A stretch of 64,000 nt of DNA from a virus (Duplodnaviria > Heunggongvirae > Uroviricota > Caudoviricetes). Every line of letters begins with the position of its first letter. The stretch's first letter is position 1. The DNA lies in the IMG/VR virus record IMGVR_UViG_3300023371_000094; one strand, written 5' to 3'. The notes under the pieces were generated by a model that ran no database searches, was not told where the DNA came from, and saw only the letters and a program-made list of their open reading frames with translations. This document shows, piece by piece, positions 29,114 to 38,950 of the stretch. The position numbers and the translations under genes were made by a program.

Positions 29114-30861
29114 AACTGCACTCTGTCCTCAAACTCCGCCGCCTTACCGCGGTTGAAGTTATCGATGCATCTCAAGTATCCAGTAATTCTCTGGAAGAGC
29201 TTGAGGCGCTTCTTGCAGGTAGGACACTTGTTTGTGATATCTACAATGTATCCGTGCTCGTCGCAGTAGCGGGAGATCGGCGAAAGACTCATATAAGGAA
29301 CACGGTAGTTATCAAACATAGCCTTTACGATTTTCTTTGCGTGCTCGCCCGGGATTGCGCCCTTGAGGTAGCAGTGAATAACCGTACCGCCAGTGAACTG
29401 GCTCTGGAGATCTTCCTGATGTTTGAATGTGGTGTTGATGTCAACGACATCCTTTACGGGAATATGGCAACTGTTGGTGTAGTACACGTCATTGCCTTCG
29501 CCCTGAGTGATGATATCGGGATACTTCTTCTTATCAAGCAACGCAAGACGGTAGCACGTTGACTCTGCGGGAGTTGCTTCGTAGTTGAATAGGTGACCTG
29601 TTTCCTCTTGGAACTCAAGGAGTTTCTGGCGGATGTGTTCGCCGACCTCAACGCAGAATGCGTGAGCTTCGTTGTCCAAGATGTTTTTGCCCATAAAGTT
29701 CTCGCACATCTCATTCATTCCGAGCACACCAATGGTGCTGAAGTGGTTGTTGATGGTGCCAACGTATTCCATATAGGCAGGGATAAGTTTTGTATCGATT
29801 ACGTTTGCCTGCAACCAGTCGCGCTTGATCTCCAAGCTATCTTTCGCAAAGCCAAGGTAGTAATCGAGGAGAGCATAGAATGACTCTTTATCTCCTTTAC
29901 TTTCGTAAGCGATACGGGGAAGATTGATAGTGACAACACCGATGGAACCGGTGGAGTCGCCAGCACCAAACAAACCGCCGTTGCGGTGGCGAAGCTCGGT
30001 CAAATCAAGACGAAGACGACAGCACATAGAGCGTACATCGCTGATATCGAGATCGCTGTTTACGAAGTTGGCGAAATAAGGTGTGCCATACTTGCCAGCC
30101 ATTTCCCAGAGAAGCTTGTTGTTGGGGTTGTCCCAATCGAAGCGGGAATGGATATTGTATGTAGGGATAGGATAAGCAAAGAGCTTTCCTTCTGCGTCAC
30201 CCTCAAGCATAATCTCAAAGAAGACTCTGTTAATGAGGTCAATCTCTCTCTGGCAGGAGCCGTATGTAAAGCTTACAAGTTCGCCACCGATAACACAGTA
30301 CTCGTCCATCATATCCGCGGGAGGAGTAAGGTCGAATGTAAGATTGAAGAACGCGGGTTCTGCACCGGCACGGCTGTTACTGTTTACGCTGAACACGAAG
30401 TTCTGCATAGACTGCTTAACTTCTGCATAAGACAGACGGTCTTGCTTAACGAACGGAGCGAGAAGAGTATCGAAACCGTTGAACGCAACGGCACCCATAA
30501 TCTCGTTCTGGAAAACAGTGACCAAGTTCGCACACTGGTTCAAGATAGAATCAAAGTGCTTTGCAGGAGCAGAGGTAGGGATGTTGGGGACTCCGCGAAC
30601 ACCCTTCATCAAGATGTCCTTGAGAGAATAACCTGTGCAATACAGGGTAAGACCGCCGAGGTCGTGAAGGTGCATATAACCATCAACATAAGCCTTAGCA
30701 ATATGCTCGGGGTAAACCTCACGAAGCCAGTAGTCCTTGCTGACTTCTGCGGTGATGTATTTGTTCATCGCTCCGAAACTGAACGGAGCATTTGAGTTTT
30801 CTTTTACGCGCCAGTCCGCCTGTTTCAAGTAGGACTCAACGATGTTTTTACTGCTTTTCAT
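29110..30861 (-). CDS. nrdD: Anaerobic ribonucleoside-triphosphate reductase (class III RNR)
   Basis: C-terminal glycyl-radical motif RITGYLRCIDNFNRGK, Zn-ribbon CDEHGY...CPTCKK, catalytic region CCRLRLD; start MKSSKNIV with RBS aaaggagaaagaaatATG (the ORF-track N-terminal extension is unlikely). Confidence 0.9.
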   Translation of the reverse strand: MKSSKNIVESYLKQADWRVKENSNAPFSFGAMNKYITAEVSKDYWLREVYPEHIAKAYVDGYMHLHDLGGLTLYCTGYSLKDILMKGVRGVPNIPTSAPAKHFDSILNQCANLVTVFQNEIMGAVAFNGFDTLLAPFVKQDRLSYAEVKQSMQNFVFSVNSNSRAGAEPAFFNLTFDLTPPADMMDEYCVIGGELVSFTYGSCQREIDLINRVFFEIMLEGDAEGKLFAYPIPTYNIHSRFDWDNPNNKLLWEMAGKYGTPYFANFVNSDLDISDVRSMCCRLRLDLTELRHRNGGLFGAGDSTGSIGVVTINLPRIAYESKGDKESFYALLDYYLGFAKDSLEIKRDWLQANVIDTKLIPAYMEYVGTINNHFSTIGVLGMNEMCENFMGKNILDNEAHAFCVEVGEHIRQKLLEFQEETGHLFNYEATPAESTCYRLALLDKKKYPDIITQGEGNDVYYTNSCHIPVKDVVDINTTFKHQEDLQSQFTGGTVIHCYLKGAIPGEHAKKIVKAMFDNYRVPYMSLSPISRYCDEHGYIVDITNKCPTCKKRLKLFQRITGYLRCIDNFNRGKAAEFEDRVQL

Positions 30862-30874
30862 ATTTCTTTCTCCT

Positions 30875-31078
30875 TTACTGTTTGAATACCCACTCGACTG
30901 CCTTATTGTAATCGAGAAGTTCGTCGCCGACTTTGAGAGCCGGAGTTTTAGTAAGCCCGAGAGAAACCATCGTATCAACATCGGTAACTTCTTCGAAGTC
31001 AATCTTCTTCTTTACGAGCTGGGCTTTGAGGAGGTCACATTTGTTGCAACCTTCCTGAGTGAACAAAATAACTTTCAA
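30875..31078 (-). CDS. NrdH/glutaredoxin-like small redoxin (CNKC active site), TTG start
   Basis: aaaggagcgaataacaTTG-KVILFTQEGCNKCD; thioredoxin-fold N-terminus; lies between the dNMP-kinase-like gene and nrdD. Confidence 0.55.
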   Translation of the reverse strand: MKVILFTQEGCNKCDLLKAQLVKKKIDFEEVTDVDTMVSLGLTKTPALKVGDELLDYNKAVEWVFKQ

Positions 31079-31080
31079 TG

Positions 31081-31896
31081 TTATTCGCTCCTTTCGGTAT
31101 TGAAAATTGAATAAGGGATATTGTGCGCTTTGCAGAATTCGATTTCCGCTTTGCAACCTGTGCTGCTTTCGCTATCGCCGAACACCCACATTTCTGTGGA
31201 TCTCGCCAACAACCATAAACACTCCTTGAGCCCCTTGTTGTAATCAAGCGAATGATAGTGATAACCAAAGGCGTGAACAGGGGAGAGGAATAGGTAGTTG
31301 GGGTGTAAGTCCATAAGGTTTGCAACAATGGACTCAATCTCGCGCAAGTTTGCTTCTTTGCCTTGGAACGGATGACTTACGTAAATTACTTTATCGTAAG
31401 GAAATTCAAGCTTCGCAAGAAATCTTTGTGCTGTTACCGCCAAATCCTCAATTGTGCCATTGTTCTCCACAACGTAGTCATAGGTCAGGTCGAAAACTCC
31501 AGCATCAGCGATGTTGCTGACGATGTGTGCCACGGCGTCTCTTTTAACAAGAACCGTTTTGGCACCGAAATCTTTTTGTGCTTTTTCAATTTGGAATTTC
31601 TCCCTCATATCGATGCACAAAATGTCTGCGTCGATGATGCCACTACGGAAATCCTGCATAACCTTTTCCATAGACTTATAATTGTTGTCGTTGTATGTAT
31701 CAATGAGCACCTTCAAGTCGGAAAGAAACTTTCTGTCGCGCTCGGTTTTACCGCCGTCCCATCCTGCTTGCTTTGCAAGTTCCTTAACGGGGTTAACGAT
31801 GCTTGTATGGTAGACTTTTCTGAATCGAGAAAGACAACCTACAAAGGTGTCTTTCCCAACACCGCCGGAACCGTTGATAATCAGTATCTCTTTCAT
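31081..31896 (-). CDS. P-loop dNMP-kinase-like protein fused to a nucleoside 2-deoxyribosyltransferase-like C-terminal domain
   Basis: N-terminus MKEILIINGSGGVGKDT resembles T4 gp1-type dNMP kinase; C-terminal YVSHPFQGKE...SPVHAFGY Rossmann-like region. Confidence 0.45.
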   Translation of the reverse strand: MKEILIINGSGGVGKDTFVGCLSRFRKVYHTSIVNPVKELAKQAGWDGGKTERDRKFLSDLKVLIDTYNDNNYKSMEKVMQDFRSGIIDADILCIDMREKFQIEKAQKDFGAKTVLVKRDAVAHIVSNIADAGVFDLTYDYVVENNGTIEDLAVTAQRFLAKLEFPYDKVIYVSHPFQGKEANLREIESIVANLMDLHPNYLFLSPVHAFGYHYHSLDYNKGLKECLWLLARSTEMWVFGDSESSTGCKAEIEFCKAHNIPYSIFNTERSE

Positions 31897-32573
31897 TCCG
31901 CTACCTCGTCATAGAAGATGAACTCTTGGGCGTAGGGAAGAGTACGCATCCAAGCAATCATATTGGGCTTGGTCGCATCGTCTTTGCCAGACCACTCGTT
32001 AAGCTTGTGGTTTCTTCTTTGTTTGCCGATAGAGAGAAGGTTCTCGTAAGTCATTGTGACGGTACGTGTTTGCAACCAGCTCTCGGGAAGCCAGCGGATA
32101 AGTTCTTTCCAGTACTTCTTATCACCTGTTTCGAGATACTTCTGGCGCAATCCCTCGCATCCATCAACGATGACGTTGGTGAACGACTTTAAAGATTCTT
32201 CCAATCCCACGAATGGGATCATCATAGACATATCTCCCAAATCGTCAATTTCAAAGCAGTCGATTGTGATAGGCTTAGACGCAAGCTTGTGCATCGTAGA
32301 GGTTGAGTTAGCGGTGGTTCCAACCTTGTATGTATCAAACTCTTTCCACCAATAAAGAGGGGCGGTAATATCTACCGACACGAAGATCTGGCGCAAGAAT
32401 TTGCGGTGCTCCGAACCGGCACGAATGAGGCTCATTGCAAGCTTCATATCGTTTTCTCCAATTACCAATGTGGGTTCAAAAACGCTGTCGCTTCTGTCCC
32501 AACTGTTTTTGGGGTTTCTCATTCCGCGCAGGGCTCCTTTGAAGCCCCACACGTCAGTATTTTCAAATCTCAT
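31893..32573 (-). CDS. Hypothetical nucleotide-metabolism protein (weak ThyX-like features)
   Basis: EHRKFLRQIFVS region only loosely resembles the RHRx7S ThyX motif; location within the nucleotide metabolism operon. Confidence 0.3.
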   Translation of the reverse strand: MRFENTDVWGFKGALRGMRNPKNSWDRSDSVFEPTLVIGENDMKLAMSLIRAGSEHRKFLRQIFVSVDITAPLYWWKEFDTYKVGTTANSTSTMHKLASKPITIDCFEIDDLGDMSMMIPFVGLEESLKSFTNVIVDGCEGLRQKYLETGDKKYWKELIRWLPESWLQTRTVTMTYENLLSIGKQRRNHKLNEWSGKDDATKPNMIAWMRTLPYAQEFIFYDEVAE

Positions 32574-35500
32574 TTTTTCTCCTTTACTCCGTTAAGAATA
32601 TCCTCGAAGGTGTAGTTCCTTTGTTTCTTGTCAGAACCTTCGATGTTGTAGGATAGCAAGTACCAATAACCTGTTTGGTTCTTGTATAGCTCTGCCGCAT
32701 AAACGATATCTCCGACCGATATAGGCATCTTATCGTGTATAGGTGCTTTCACAGTTAATCTCGCCGTTTTACCGCTACCCAAGCTCTTTGTGCCGATACG
32801 GTATGACCACACGTTCCCAGCTTGATCGTGGATAGGAGTTTTATCTGTGATAAGAAGTCTGCGGCGGTCTTCTTCTTTGTTGGTAACTACATCCGCATAA
32901 CCCAGTACGGTCATACTCCAATCGATGCGTTCTTTCATCGAGGGAGCAGGGATGGGATGCTCTTTTATGTATTTCTCGTATTCGTATAGGCACTTTAATG
33001 CCTTGTCTTCGAGTTTGTATGTTGCTGAATCGCTACCATCTTTGTTCTTGCACGAGCACATAGAAGCGATTACTGTTTCAAAGCGATTGCCGATAAGCTT
33101 GTCCTTCTTTATAGTCTTTGCGTTTCCTTGCTTTAGCAATTCCCACGCATCCAGAAGAGTGAGAAGCTCATTGATATTGCCAAAATCTTGGAAGTAATCA
33201 ATGATGATTAGCGGCATCACTTTAGATGCTTTCACTGAATGCTCGTCGAGCCACTTTAAGACATCAATGAACGACTTGAAGTTTTCTTGAGCACAGCCAT
33301 AAAGTACTTCGCCGACCGCTGAGCTATATCCTTTGATTGCAGAAATGGAATTTACAATCGTATTGTTGGCTACGTCTGCCTTAATACATCTGTTATCCTG
33401 TCCAAAACGGAACGGCGGGAACTTAATGTTGAAGTAACTTTCGGCTTCGTCTTTGATGGCATTCATCTTATCCTTATCGCCTTTGATCTCGGAAAGGGTA
33501 AGCAGCACTTCATAGAACTCAAGGGGGTGATGCGCTTTTAACCACGCACCATACAGGCTATCAAGTGCAACGCAGTAAGAGTGGGATGCATTGAAGGAGT
33601 ACCTTGCGGAGTCCTCGATGATTTGCCACAATTGTTGTGACAGCTCATCTGCTTCCTCGGGGGTTCTGTGCTCGTTTTCGATAATCGTCCGGGAGAAGCC
33701 ATCAATGAATTTTTCTTTGTAGGCTAACACCTTGTCTGCACGTTTTTTTGCTATGTTTTTAATTGCAGTATAGCAATCACTCATATCAATTCCTGCGTAG
33801 TTCAGTGCCGCCATTTCTTGTTCCTGATACAATAAGAAACTGTTGGGCATTTCATCGGTCTGGATAAGTTCGTCAAACGCCTTAACACCGTATGCAAACG
33901 GCTTGCGTTCTTCGAACGTCTTATACATCGACTTAAAGCCCGGTCTGATTGCCGCAACGAAAGCTCCAAGCTCTGAAATATTTTTAGGAGCATACTTCGT
34001 TACGCGGGACGCCGTTCCTGTCTGTTCGCACTGGTTAATACCAATCGTACAACCCTTTTCGTAAATGCTCCACGCCTTATCGTCGGGTGGACACATTTTC
34101 AAAAGCTCCTGAACGGTCGGTGGTTCGATACCGATGCGGTGATAGGAACGATAGATAAGGTCTACTACAGATACCTTGAGCAAGTCATTCTTGAGGAAGT
34201 GGCACGCCTCAGCCCAGTGACCATCCATAAGGCAACAGAGGTGATCTTTGATTTTTACAAGACCAATCTCTTTACGGATGCTTCCTTGGAAGAGAAGATA
34301 TGAGCACGGAGCAATACTCCAAGAGGTAACCAATCCGAGGTAATCCTTACTCTTTTGGTAAATGTCGTGGTATTCCTTATCAATGTAATCGTAAACGCTT
34401 ATTTCATCGGCATCTTCTCCAGCGTGCTTCAGCGCGGTCTCATACTTCTTGATTTGGTCTGATACCGCATTAGCAATTTCAAACGAGATGCCTTGCGATT
34501 TTGCGTACAGTTTCCACGCCGCAGATTTCTGCATCGTGCCGTAAGCAATCATAGGATAAGCGTGGTCTTCTCCAAGGATTTCTTGCTGAGCTCTCGCGAA
34601 AGGTTCTACGGGAGCACAGTTAAAGTCGATATCGGGGAGAGAACCACTCTGAAGAATTCTTGTGGCACTCATAAAGCGCTCAGGATACATATGAACCTTT
34701 GCTGCAATTCTATCAACCTCGGTGAAACCAAGGAGCATATTTGTGATGAACGATACCGCAGATCCACGACCACTCTTTGTCAGCCAACCACCGTTTTCTT
34801 TGCCTTTGCGGATGATGTGGTAGTTGTTAATGAAGTAGTCTGCCATACGGGTGTCTTCAACAGTTTTGATTTCCTTTTGAATTTCCGAACGATAGTGCTC
34901 GTGTCTTTCTTCGGGAACATTCTTTTTGTATTCGTCCCAACCTTGCCAGATAAGCCGACGATACTCGGCGTTCTTTTCCTCTTGGGGAGTTCCTTCGGGG
35001 AAAAGAGAAGGCATCTTAATGTCGGTATTGAAGATTGGGTTATCGTACTCTTCGATGTCGAGGAATACGTTGGTGTTGTTCATAGCATCGCATATTTGCT
35101 GATGGCTTAAAACGCATTGATCTGCAAACCTTGCATAAGCTGTATCACCATCGGGGTAATCAAGGAACCATCCCTGCTCATCGGGGTAGTCAAGACCTTT
35201 AGAGTAAAGGAAGTCGGTTCTCACTTGCGATTGCTGTGGCGTTATGTAGTGGCTATCACAACCCATTATCAGAGGAATTTTCAACTCTTCGTGGAGCCTT
35301 AATATCCTTTTGTTTAACTCTCTTTGCGAGTCGGTGTTGTGATATTGCACTTCGAGGAAAAAGTTCTTTCCAAAGTGCTTGTGGAATTCTTTTGTAATAT
35401 CTTCGATATCATCGTATCTCCAGTATGCGATACACGCCGTAGTCACGATAACATCTTTGGGCGGTAGAGATAGGATTAAGGGAATATCAAGACGAGGTTG

Positions 35501-35842
35501 ACCGTAGAAACCAGTGAGGTTCGCTTCGGAAAGAACATCGTTCAATGCCTGTCGTCCATTCTCGTTACGGGCTCCGATAAATATGTGGCAGTTGCTACGG
35601 TCTTTTTCAAGCCTGTCCTTTACCCAATAAGCTTCTGCCCCGATTAAGGGTTTAAGACCGTACTCTTTTGCGATGCGATATGTTTCGTAGTAATTGCCTT
35701 GCCAACCGTGCTCCGCTGAAGAAAGAATTCCGTGCCCGAACTGCTTAGCCCTTTCGGCATAAGCAGTCGGGGTAACGGCAGAATCGGAGATTCGCACGTT
35801 GGTATACATTCTGTGGCAGTGATAGTTTTGGAACTCTATCAT
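32570..35842 (-). CDS. dnaE: DNA polymerase III alpha subunit (DnaE/PolC-like, PHP domain at the N-terminus)
   Basis: 1090 aa; N-terminal PHP signature NYHCHRMYTNVRISDSAVTP...SSAEHGW; typical length. Confidence 0.85.
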   Translation of the reverse strand: MIEFQNYHCHRMYTNVRISDSAVTPTAYAERAKQFGHGILSSAEHGWQGNYYETYRIAKEYGLKPLIGAEAYWVKDRLEKDRSNCHIFIGARNENGRQALNDVLSEANLTGFYGQPRLDIPLILSLPPKDVIVTTACIAYWRYDDIEDITKEFHKHFGKNFFLEVQYHNTDSQRELNKRILRLHEELKIPLIMGCDSHYITPQQSQVRTDFLYSKGLDYPDEQGWFLDYPDGDTAYARFADQCVLSHQQICDAMNNTNVFLDIEEYDNPIFNTDIKMPSLFPEGTPQEEKNAEYRRLIWQGWDEYKKNVPEERHEHYRSEIQKEIKTVEDTRMADYFINNYHIIRKGKENGGWLTKSGRGSAVSFITNMLLGFTEVDRIAAKVHMYPERFMSATRILQSGSLPDIDFNCAPVEPFARAQQEILGEDHAYPMIAYGTMQKSAAWKLYAKSQGISFEIANAVSDQIKKYETALKHAGEDADEISVYDYIDKEYHDIYQKSKDYLGLVTSWSIAPCSYLLFQGSIRKEIGLVKIKDHLCCLMDGHWAEACHFLKNDLLKVSVVDLIYRSYHRIGIEPPTVQELLKMCPPDDKAWSIYEKGCTIGINQCEQTGTASRVTKYAPKNISELGAFVAAIRPGFKSMYKTFEERKPFAYGVKAFDELIQTDEMPNSFLLYQEQEMAALNYAGIDMSDCYTAIKNIAKKRADKVLAYKEKFIDGFSRTIIENEHRTPEEADELSQQLWQIIEDSARYSFNASHSYCVALDSLYGAWLKAHHPLEFYEVLLTLSEIKGDKDKMNAIKDEAESYFNIKFPPFRFGQDNRCIKADVANNTIVNSISAIKGYSSAVGEVLYGCAQENFKSFIDVLKWLDEHSVKASKVMPLIIIDYFQDFGNINELLTLLDAWELLKQGNAKTIKKDKLIGNRFETVIASMCSCKNKDGSDSATYKLEDKALKCLYEYEKYIKEHPIPAPSMKERIDWSMTVLGYADVVTNKEEDRRRLLITDKTPIHDQAGNVWSYRIGTKSLGSGKTARLTVKAPIHDKMPISVGDIVYAAELYKNQTGYWYLLSYNIEGSDKKQRNYTFEDILNGVKEKK

Positions 35843-37581
35843 TGATCTCCTCCTTCGATTCTTCCGTAGACTTCCTCGTCATCCTCCTGATAGAGCTGAG
35901 GGGGAGGATAGGGAAGTGCACCGTCGTATGTATTGGTATCCCAAGAGTATCGTCTATCGAGCGATTGCTCATCTACGAAGAAACGTCGTGAGGGTTTATC
36001 GTAATACAAGCCGGCGGAACTTCCTTCAAAACCAAGAAGTCTGTCCTTGAGAATGTCACATAGAACATCATACTTAATGGGTTCTTTATACCATCCGTTG
36101 CCGCGCTTATTCGGAACTCCTTTCTTATCGTCATTCGTAACACGATACAAGCTTAGAATTCTATGCGCTAAGTCGATGATTGCCGAAATACCTTGGATAT
36201 CCATTTTATTAAGGCGTCTCATCTGTTCGATTTTGTGGGGGTGGACAACGAGAAGAACTGCAACGTTGTACTTCTTGGCGAAGTCAATCAAACGTGTAAC
36301 AAATTCTTCTTGGCGCTGATACTTGTTTTGCTCATTTGCTTCGAGGTTTACCGAAGTGAGGTTGTCGATGATGTGAAGCTTGCATCCGTATTTACGAGTA
36401 CAGTCTTCCATTGATTTGAGTATCGTATCTACCTTGTGGTCAATGCCATCCTTATAGATAAACAAGCGTCCTTTGTAATACTTGTCCATTTCCTTTTGAG
36501 CATCCGGAGTAACCTTCCAGTAGGTCGCGCCGTTAAAGGTATATTCCTTAACGTGTCTTTGACCTGCAAGTATGTAGTTAATCCAGTTCTTACTCTGGAA
36601 GTTTGGCAACTCACCAGAGTAGAGGAATGCATTCTTTTCCTCATCGATGGAATTACACACGAGCTGAGATAGGAATGATGATTTACCACTACCGTTAACT
36701 CCTGTTACGATAGTAAAGGTTCCGTAGAACAGTCTCATTAACTTCTTATCAAGCTCGGGGATTCCGGTCTTGATGCCGTCGATCTCGTCAAGGTCAACGT
36801 TGGTGATATCCGAATAATCGGCAACGCTATCGACAGGCGAGTCTTTGGCGTTATGTATCAATTCGATAACGGCTCTTTTACCCTGATAGTAAAGAACGTG
36901 GTTAAGGTCTTTCATCGGGATTTTTTTATCGTTTGCTTCATCATAAAAAACGGGGGGGATTTCTATGAATTTAGTTCGCCACGAGCCGAGTCTGAAGACA
37001 CATTCCTTTTGCATCTTGATACCAGCCTCATCATTATCCGAACAAATAATGATGCTTTCGAATTGTTCAAGCCAGTCGAAGTTTTCTTCAATCCAGCCAT
37101 AGTTGTTTGCGCCGAGAGGAACGGATACTGCATTCGTAAAGCCCGCTTCGATAGCAGCCATGCAGTCAATTTCTCCCTCGCATATTAAGAGTGGGGCGGT
37201 CGTATTGACACGGTTCATATTAAAAAGGAGGGGAGTCACGTCGGCGTTCTTTTGACACCAAGCTTTAACATCCCCTCTACTCTTATCGATCTTATGAGAT
37301 GGTCTATACTTGACCAGACACAACACATCGTTTGTGTCGTAATAATTGAAAACTATGTTACCGTGAGCGTCTTCTCGAACATCGACTGCATCGACGGTTT
37401 CCTTTGAAATGCTCCTCTGAGCGAGGTAAGCATACACACTTTCCTTGTCGTTTAAGGGTTCCTCGACGGGATATCTATATTTGAATTTAGTTTGTACTCC
37501 TTTTTCTCCAAGGGAAAGTGGCATCTTGGCTTCAGCAAAAAGCTTCTGCAAGGCTTCCAGATACGTCAACCCTGTATGCAT
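35839..37581 (-). CDS. Bifunctional DNA primase/helicase (TOPRIM plus DnaB-like Walker A). The Zn-ribbon lies upstream of the first ATG, so the true start is probably a non-ATG codon near 37800.
   Basis: TOPRIM LICEGEIDCMAAIEAGF; Walker A TGVNGSGKSSF; in-frame upstream sequence CCWHLEDSPSF...FHCFGCG (37582..37690) encodes a primase zinc-binding motif with no ATG/GTG/TTG before the stop at 37834. Confidence 0.85.
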   Translation of the reverse strand: MHTGLTYLEALQKLFAEAKMPLSLGEKGVQTKFKYRYPVEEPLNDKESVYAYLAQRSISKETVDAVDVREDAHGNIVFNYYDTNDVLCLVKYRPSHKIDKSRGDVKAWCQKNADVTPLLFNMNRVNTTAPLLICEGEIDCMAAIEAGFTNAVSVPLGANNYGWIEENFDWLEQFESIIICSDNDEAGIKMQKECVFRLGSWRTKFIEIPPVFYDEANDKKIPMKDLNHVLYYQGKRAVIELIHNAKDSPVDSVADYSDITNVDLDEIDGIKTGIPELDKKLMRLFYGTFTIVTGVNGSGKSSFLSQLVCNSIDEEKNAFLYSGELPNFQSKNWINYILAGQRHVKEYTFNGATYWKVTPDAQKEMDKYYKGRLFIYKDGIDHKVDTILKSMEDCTRKYGCKLHIIDNLTSVNLEANEQNKYQRQEEFVTRLIDFAKKYNVAVLLVVHPHKIEQMRRLNKMDIQGISAIIDLAHRILSLYRVTNDDKKGVPNKRGNGWYKEPIKYDVLCDILKDRLLGFEGSSAGLYYDKPSRRFFVDEQSLDRRYSWDTNTYDGALPYPPPQLYQEDDEEVYGRIEGGDQ

Positions 37582-37823
37582 ATAGGCATCGATGATATCT
37601 GTGTTCCTACCACACCCAAAACAATGAAACGAAAATGTTCGTTGGTTATATATAAAACTTGGCGAATCTTCAAGGTGCCAACAGCATAAAGCCTTTTTAT
37701 TGACAGCGTCGTATTTCTCAAGTTGTAATAACTCTGCAATGATTTCTGCGTTTTTGTCACCAAGTTTAGTCTTTGCTTTTAATATCGATTCTTTGTCAAC
37801 AAAAATAAACCTACACCTCCTTC

Positions 37824-38573
37824 TTAAATCTTGTTATCGCAGTATTCTCTGTGGTTACAAAGATGTTCGCTGAAGAATTCGTCGCAAGTTGGAGCATAGT
37901 CCCAACAATCACGTATCTCTTGTACCGTATCCTTTGCCCACTTAAGTGCTTCGTTGAAATCTTCTTCCTTAAACGGAATGTCTATCGTAGTGTTCTTCCG
38001 GAACATCATAAACCTCAGTACGTCGGGGAATCTCCCGTATTTCTTCTTGACGTACATAGCATACAAGTACAACTGTCTTGCGTACTCTGCTTGTTCCTTT
38101 TTGTTCTTGAAAGAACTTTTCGATTTATAGTCTTGGATAATCAAGCGACCGTCTTTGTCCTTGAAAACCAAGTCGATAACGCCGGTAAATACCCAGTCAT
38201 CGACATCTATATCGAACTCTCCTTCCACCTCAAGAATTTCTCTATCGGCATAGCCAGAGAAGTTCTTAAGATAATTGAGTCCTTGCTCATAGTAGAGCTT
38301 TCTCATATTCTTACAGTACGGAGTAGAGGGGAATTTCTCAGGAACTGCGGCATCGAATTCCCATTCGTAAATAGTCGTCAAATCCCAAAGCTCTATTTCT
38401 CCTCTTGCGTACCTTTCCATAAGGGAATGGACTTCTGTTCCATAAGAACTGAAACAGTTTCCAATTCCTCGCTTATGGAGTATGTATGTTTGCATATACC
38501 CGTATTTACAGGTATGGAAGGATGATAACTTCGAAAAACTGAACCGTTCCTTTTTTTCAGTTACCAAGGACAA
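37824..38573 (-). CDS. PD-(D/E)XK nuclease, Cas4/RecB-like exonuclease with a C-terminal Cys cluster
   Basis: GVIDLVFKDKDGRLIIQDYKSK (D...D/EYK motif), C-terminal CNHREYCDNK, N-terminal C at FHTCKYGY. Confidence 0.65.
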   Translation of the reverse strand: MSLVTEKKERFSFSKLSSFHTCKYGYMQTYILHKRGIGNCFSSYGTEVHSLMERYARGEIELWDLTTIYEWEFDAAVPEKFPSTPYCKNMRKLYYEQGLNYLKNFSGYADREILEVEGEFDIDVDDWVFTGVIDLVFKDKDGRLIIQDYKSKSSFKNKKEQAEYARQLYLYAMYVKKKYGRFPDVLRFMMFRKNTTIDIPFKEEDFNEALKWAKDTVQEIRDCWDYAPTCDEFFSEHLCNHREYCDNKI

Positions 38574-38950
38574 GAGTCGTCACTGGTCGATGCGGGAGCC
38601 TCGGCGACAGTGCTTGCCTTTGCAGTATTGTCGGTTGATGCAGGAGCATCACTTGCCTCGATTGTTGCCTCAAGAATGAGGAATCTGAAGCGGGACTTCG
38701 TGTTACCGTCATTATCCGTGTAACGCTCATTGGTAAACTTGGACTTTGTAATGGTGATTCTGTCACCCTTCTTGAGTCCCTTAAGTGAATTGACGGCGTG
38801 TCCGATTGCACGAGGGAACCATCCAGAGTTGACGTAATTGCCCTCGGCGTCTTTCTCCGATGTGGTCATCTGGAGATCCATGTATTTGCCATTCTCGGCA
38901 ACCTTTACATCCCAGACCTTGCCGAAAATTTTGTTGGTGTTATAAATCAT
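38561..38950 (-). CDS. ssb: Single-stranded DNA-binding protein (OB fold)
   Basis: 129 aa OB-fold-like N-terminus, Ala/Ser/Thr-rich tail ending SDDSCPW; adjacent to erf. Confidence 0.5.
   Translation of the reverse strand: MIYNTNKIFGKVWDVKVAENGKYMDLQMTTSEKDAEGNYVNSGWFPRAIGHAVNSLKGLKKGDRITITKSKFTNERYTDNDGNTKSRFRFLILEATIEASDAPASTDNTAKASTVAEAPASTSDDSCPW

Noticed and set aside
29986-30795. 269-aa plus-strand ORF inside nrdD, together with the plus ORF 34493..35110 in the polymerase gene and 37851..38525 in the nuclease gene
   Set aside because: Antisense to genes with clear homology; no RBS.
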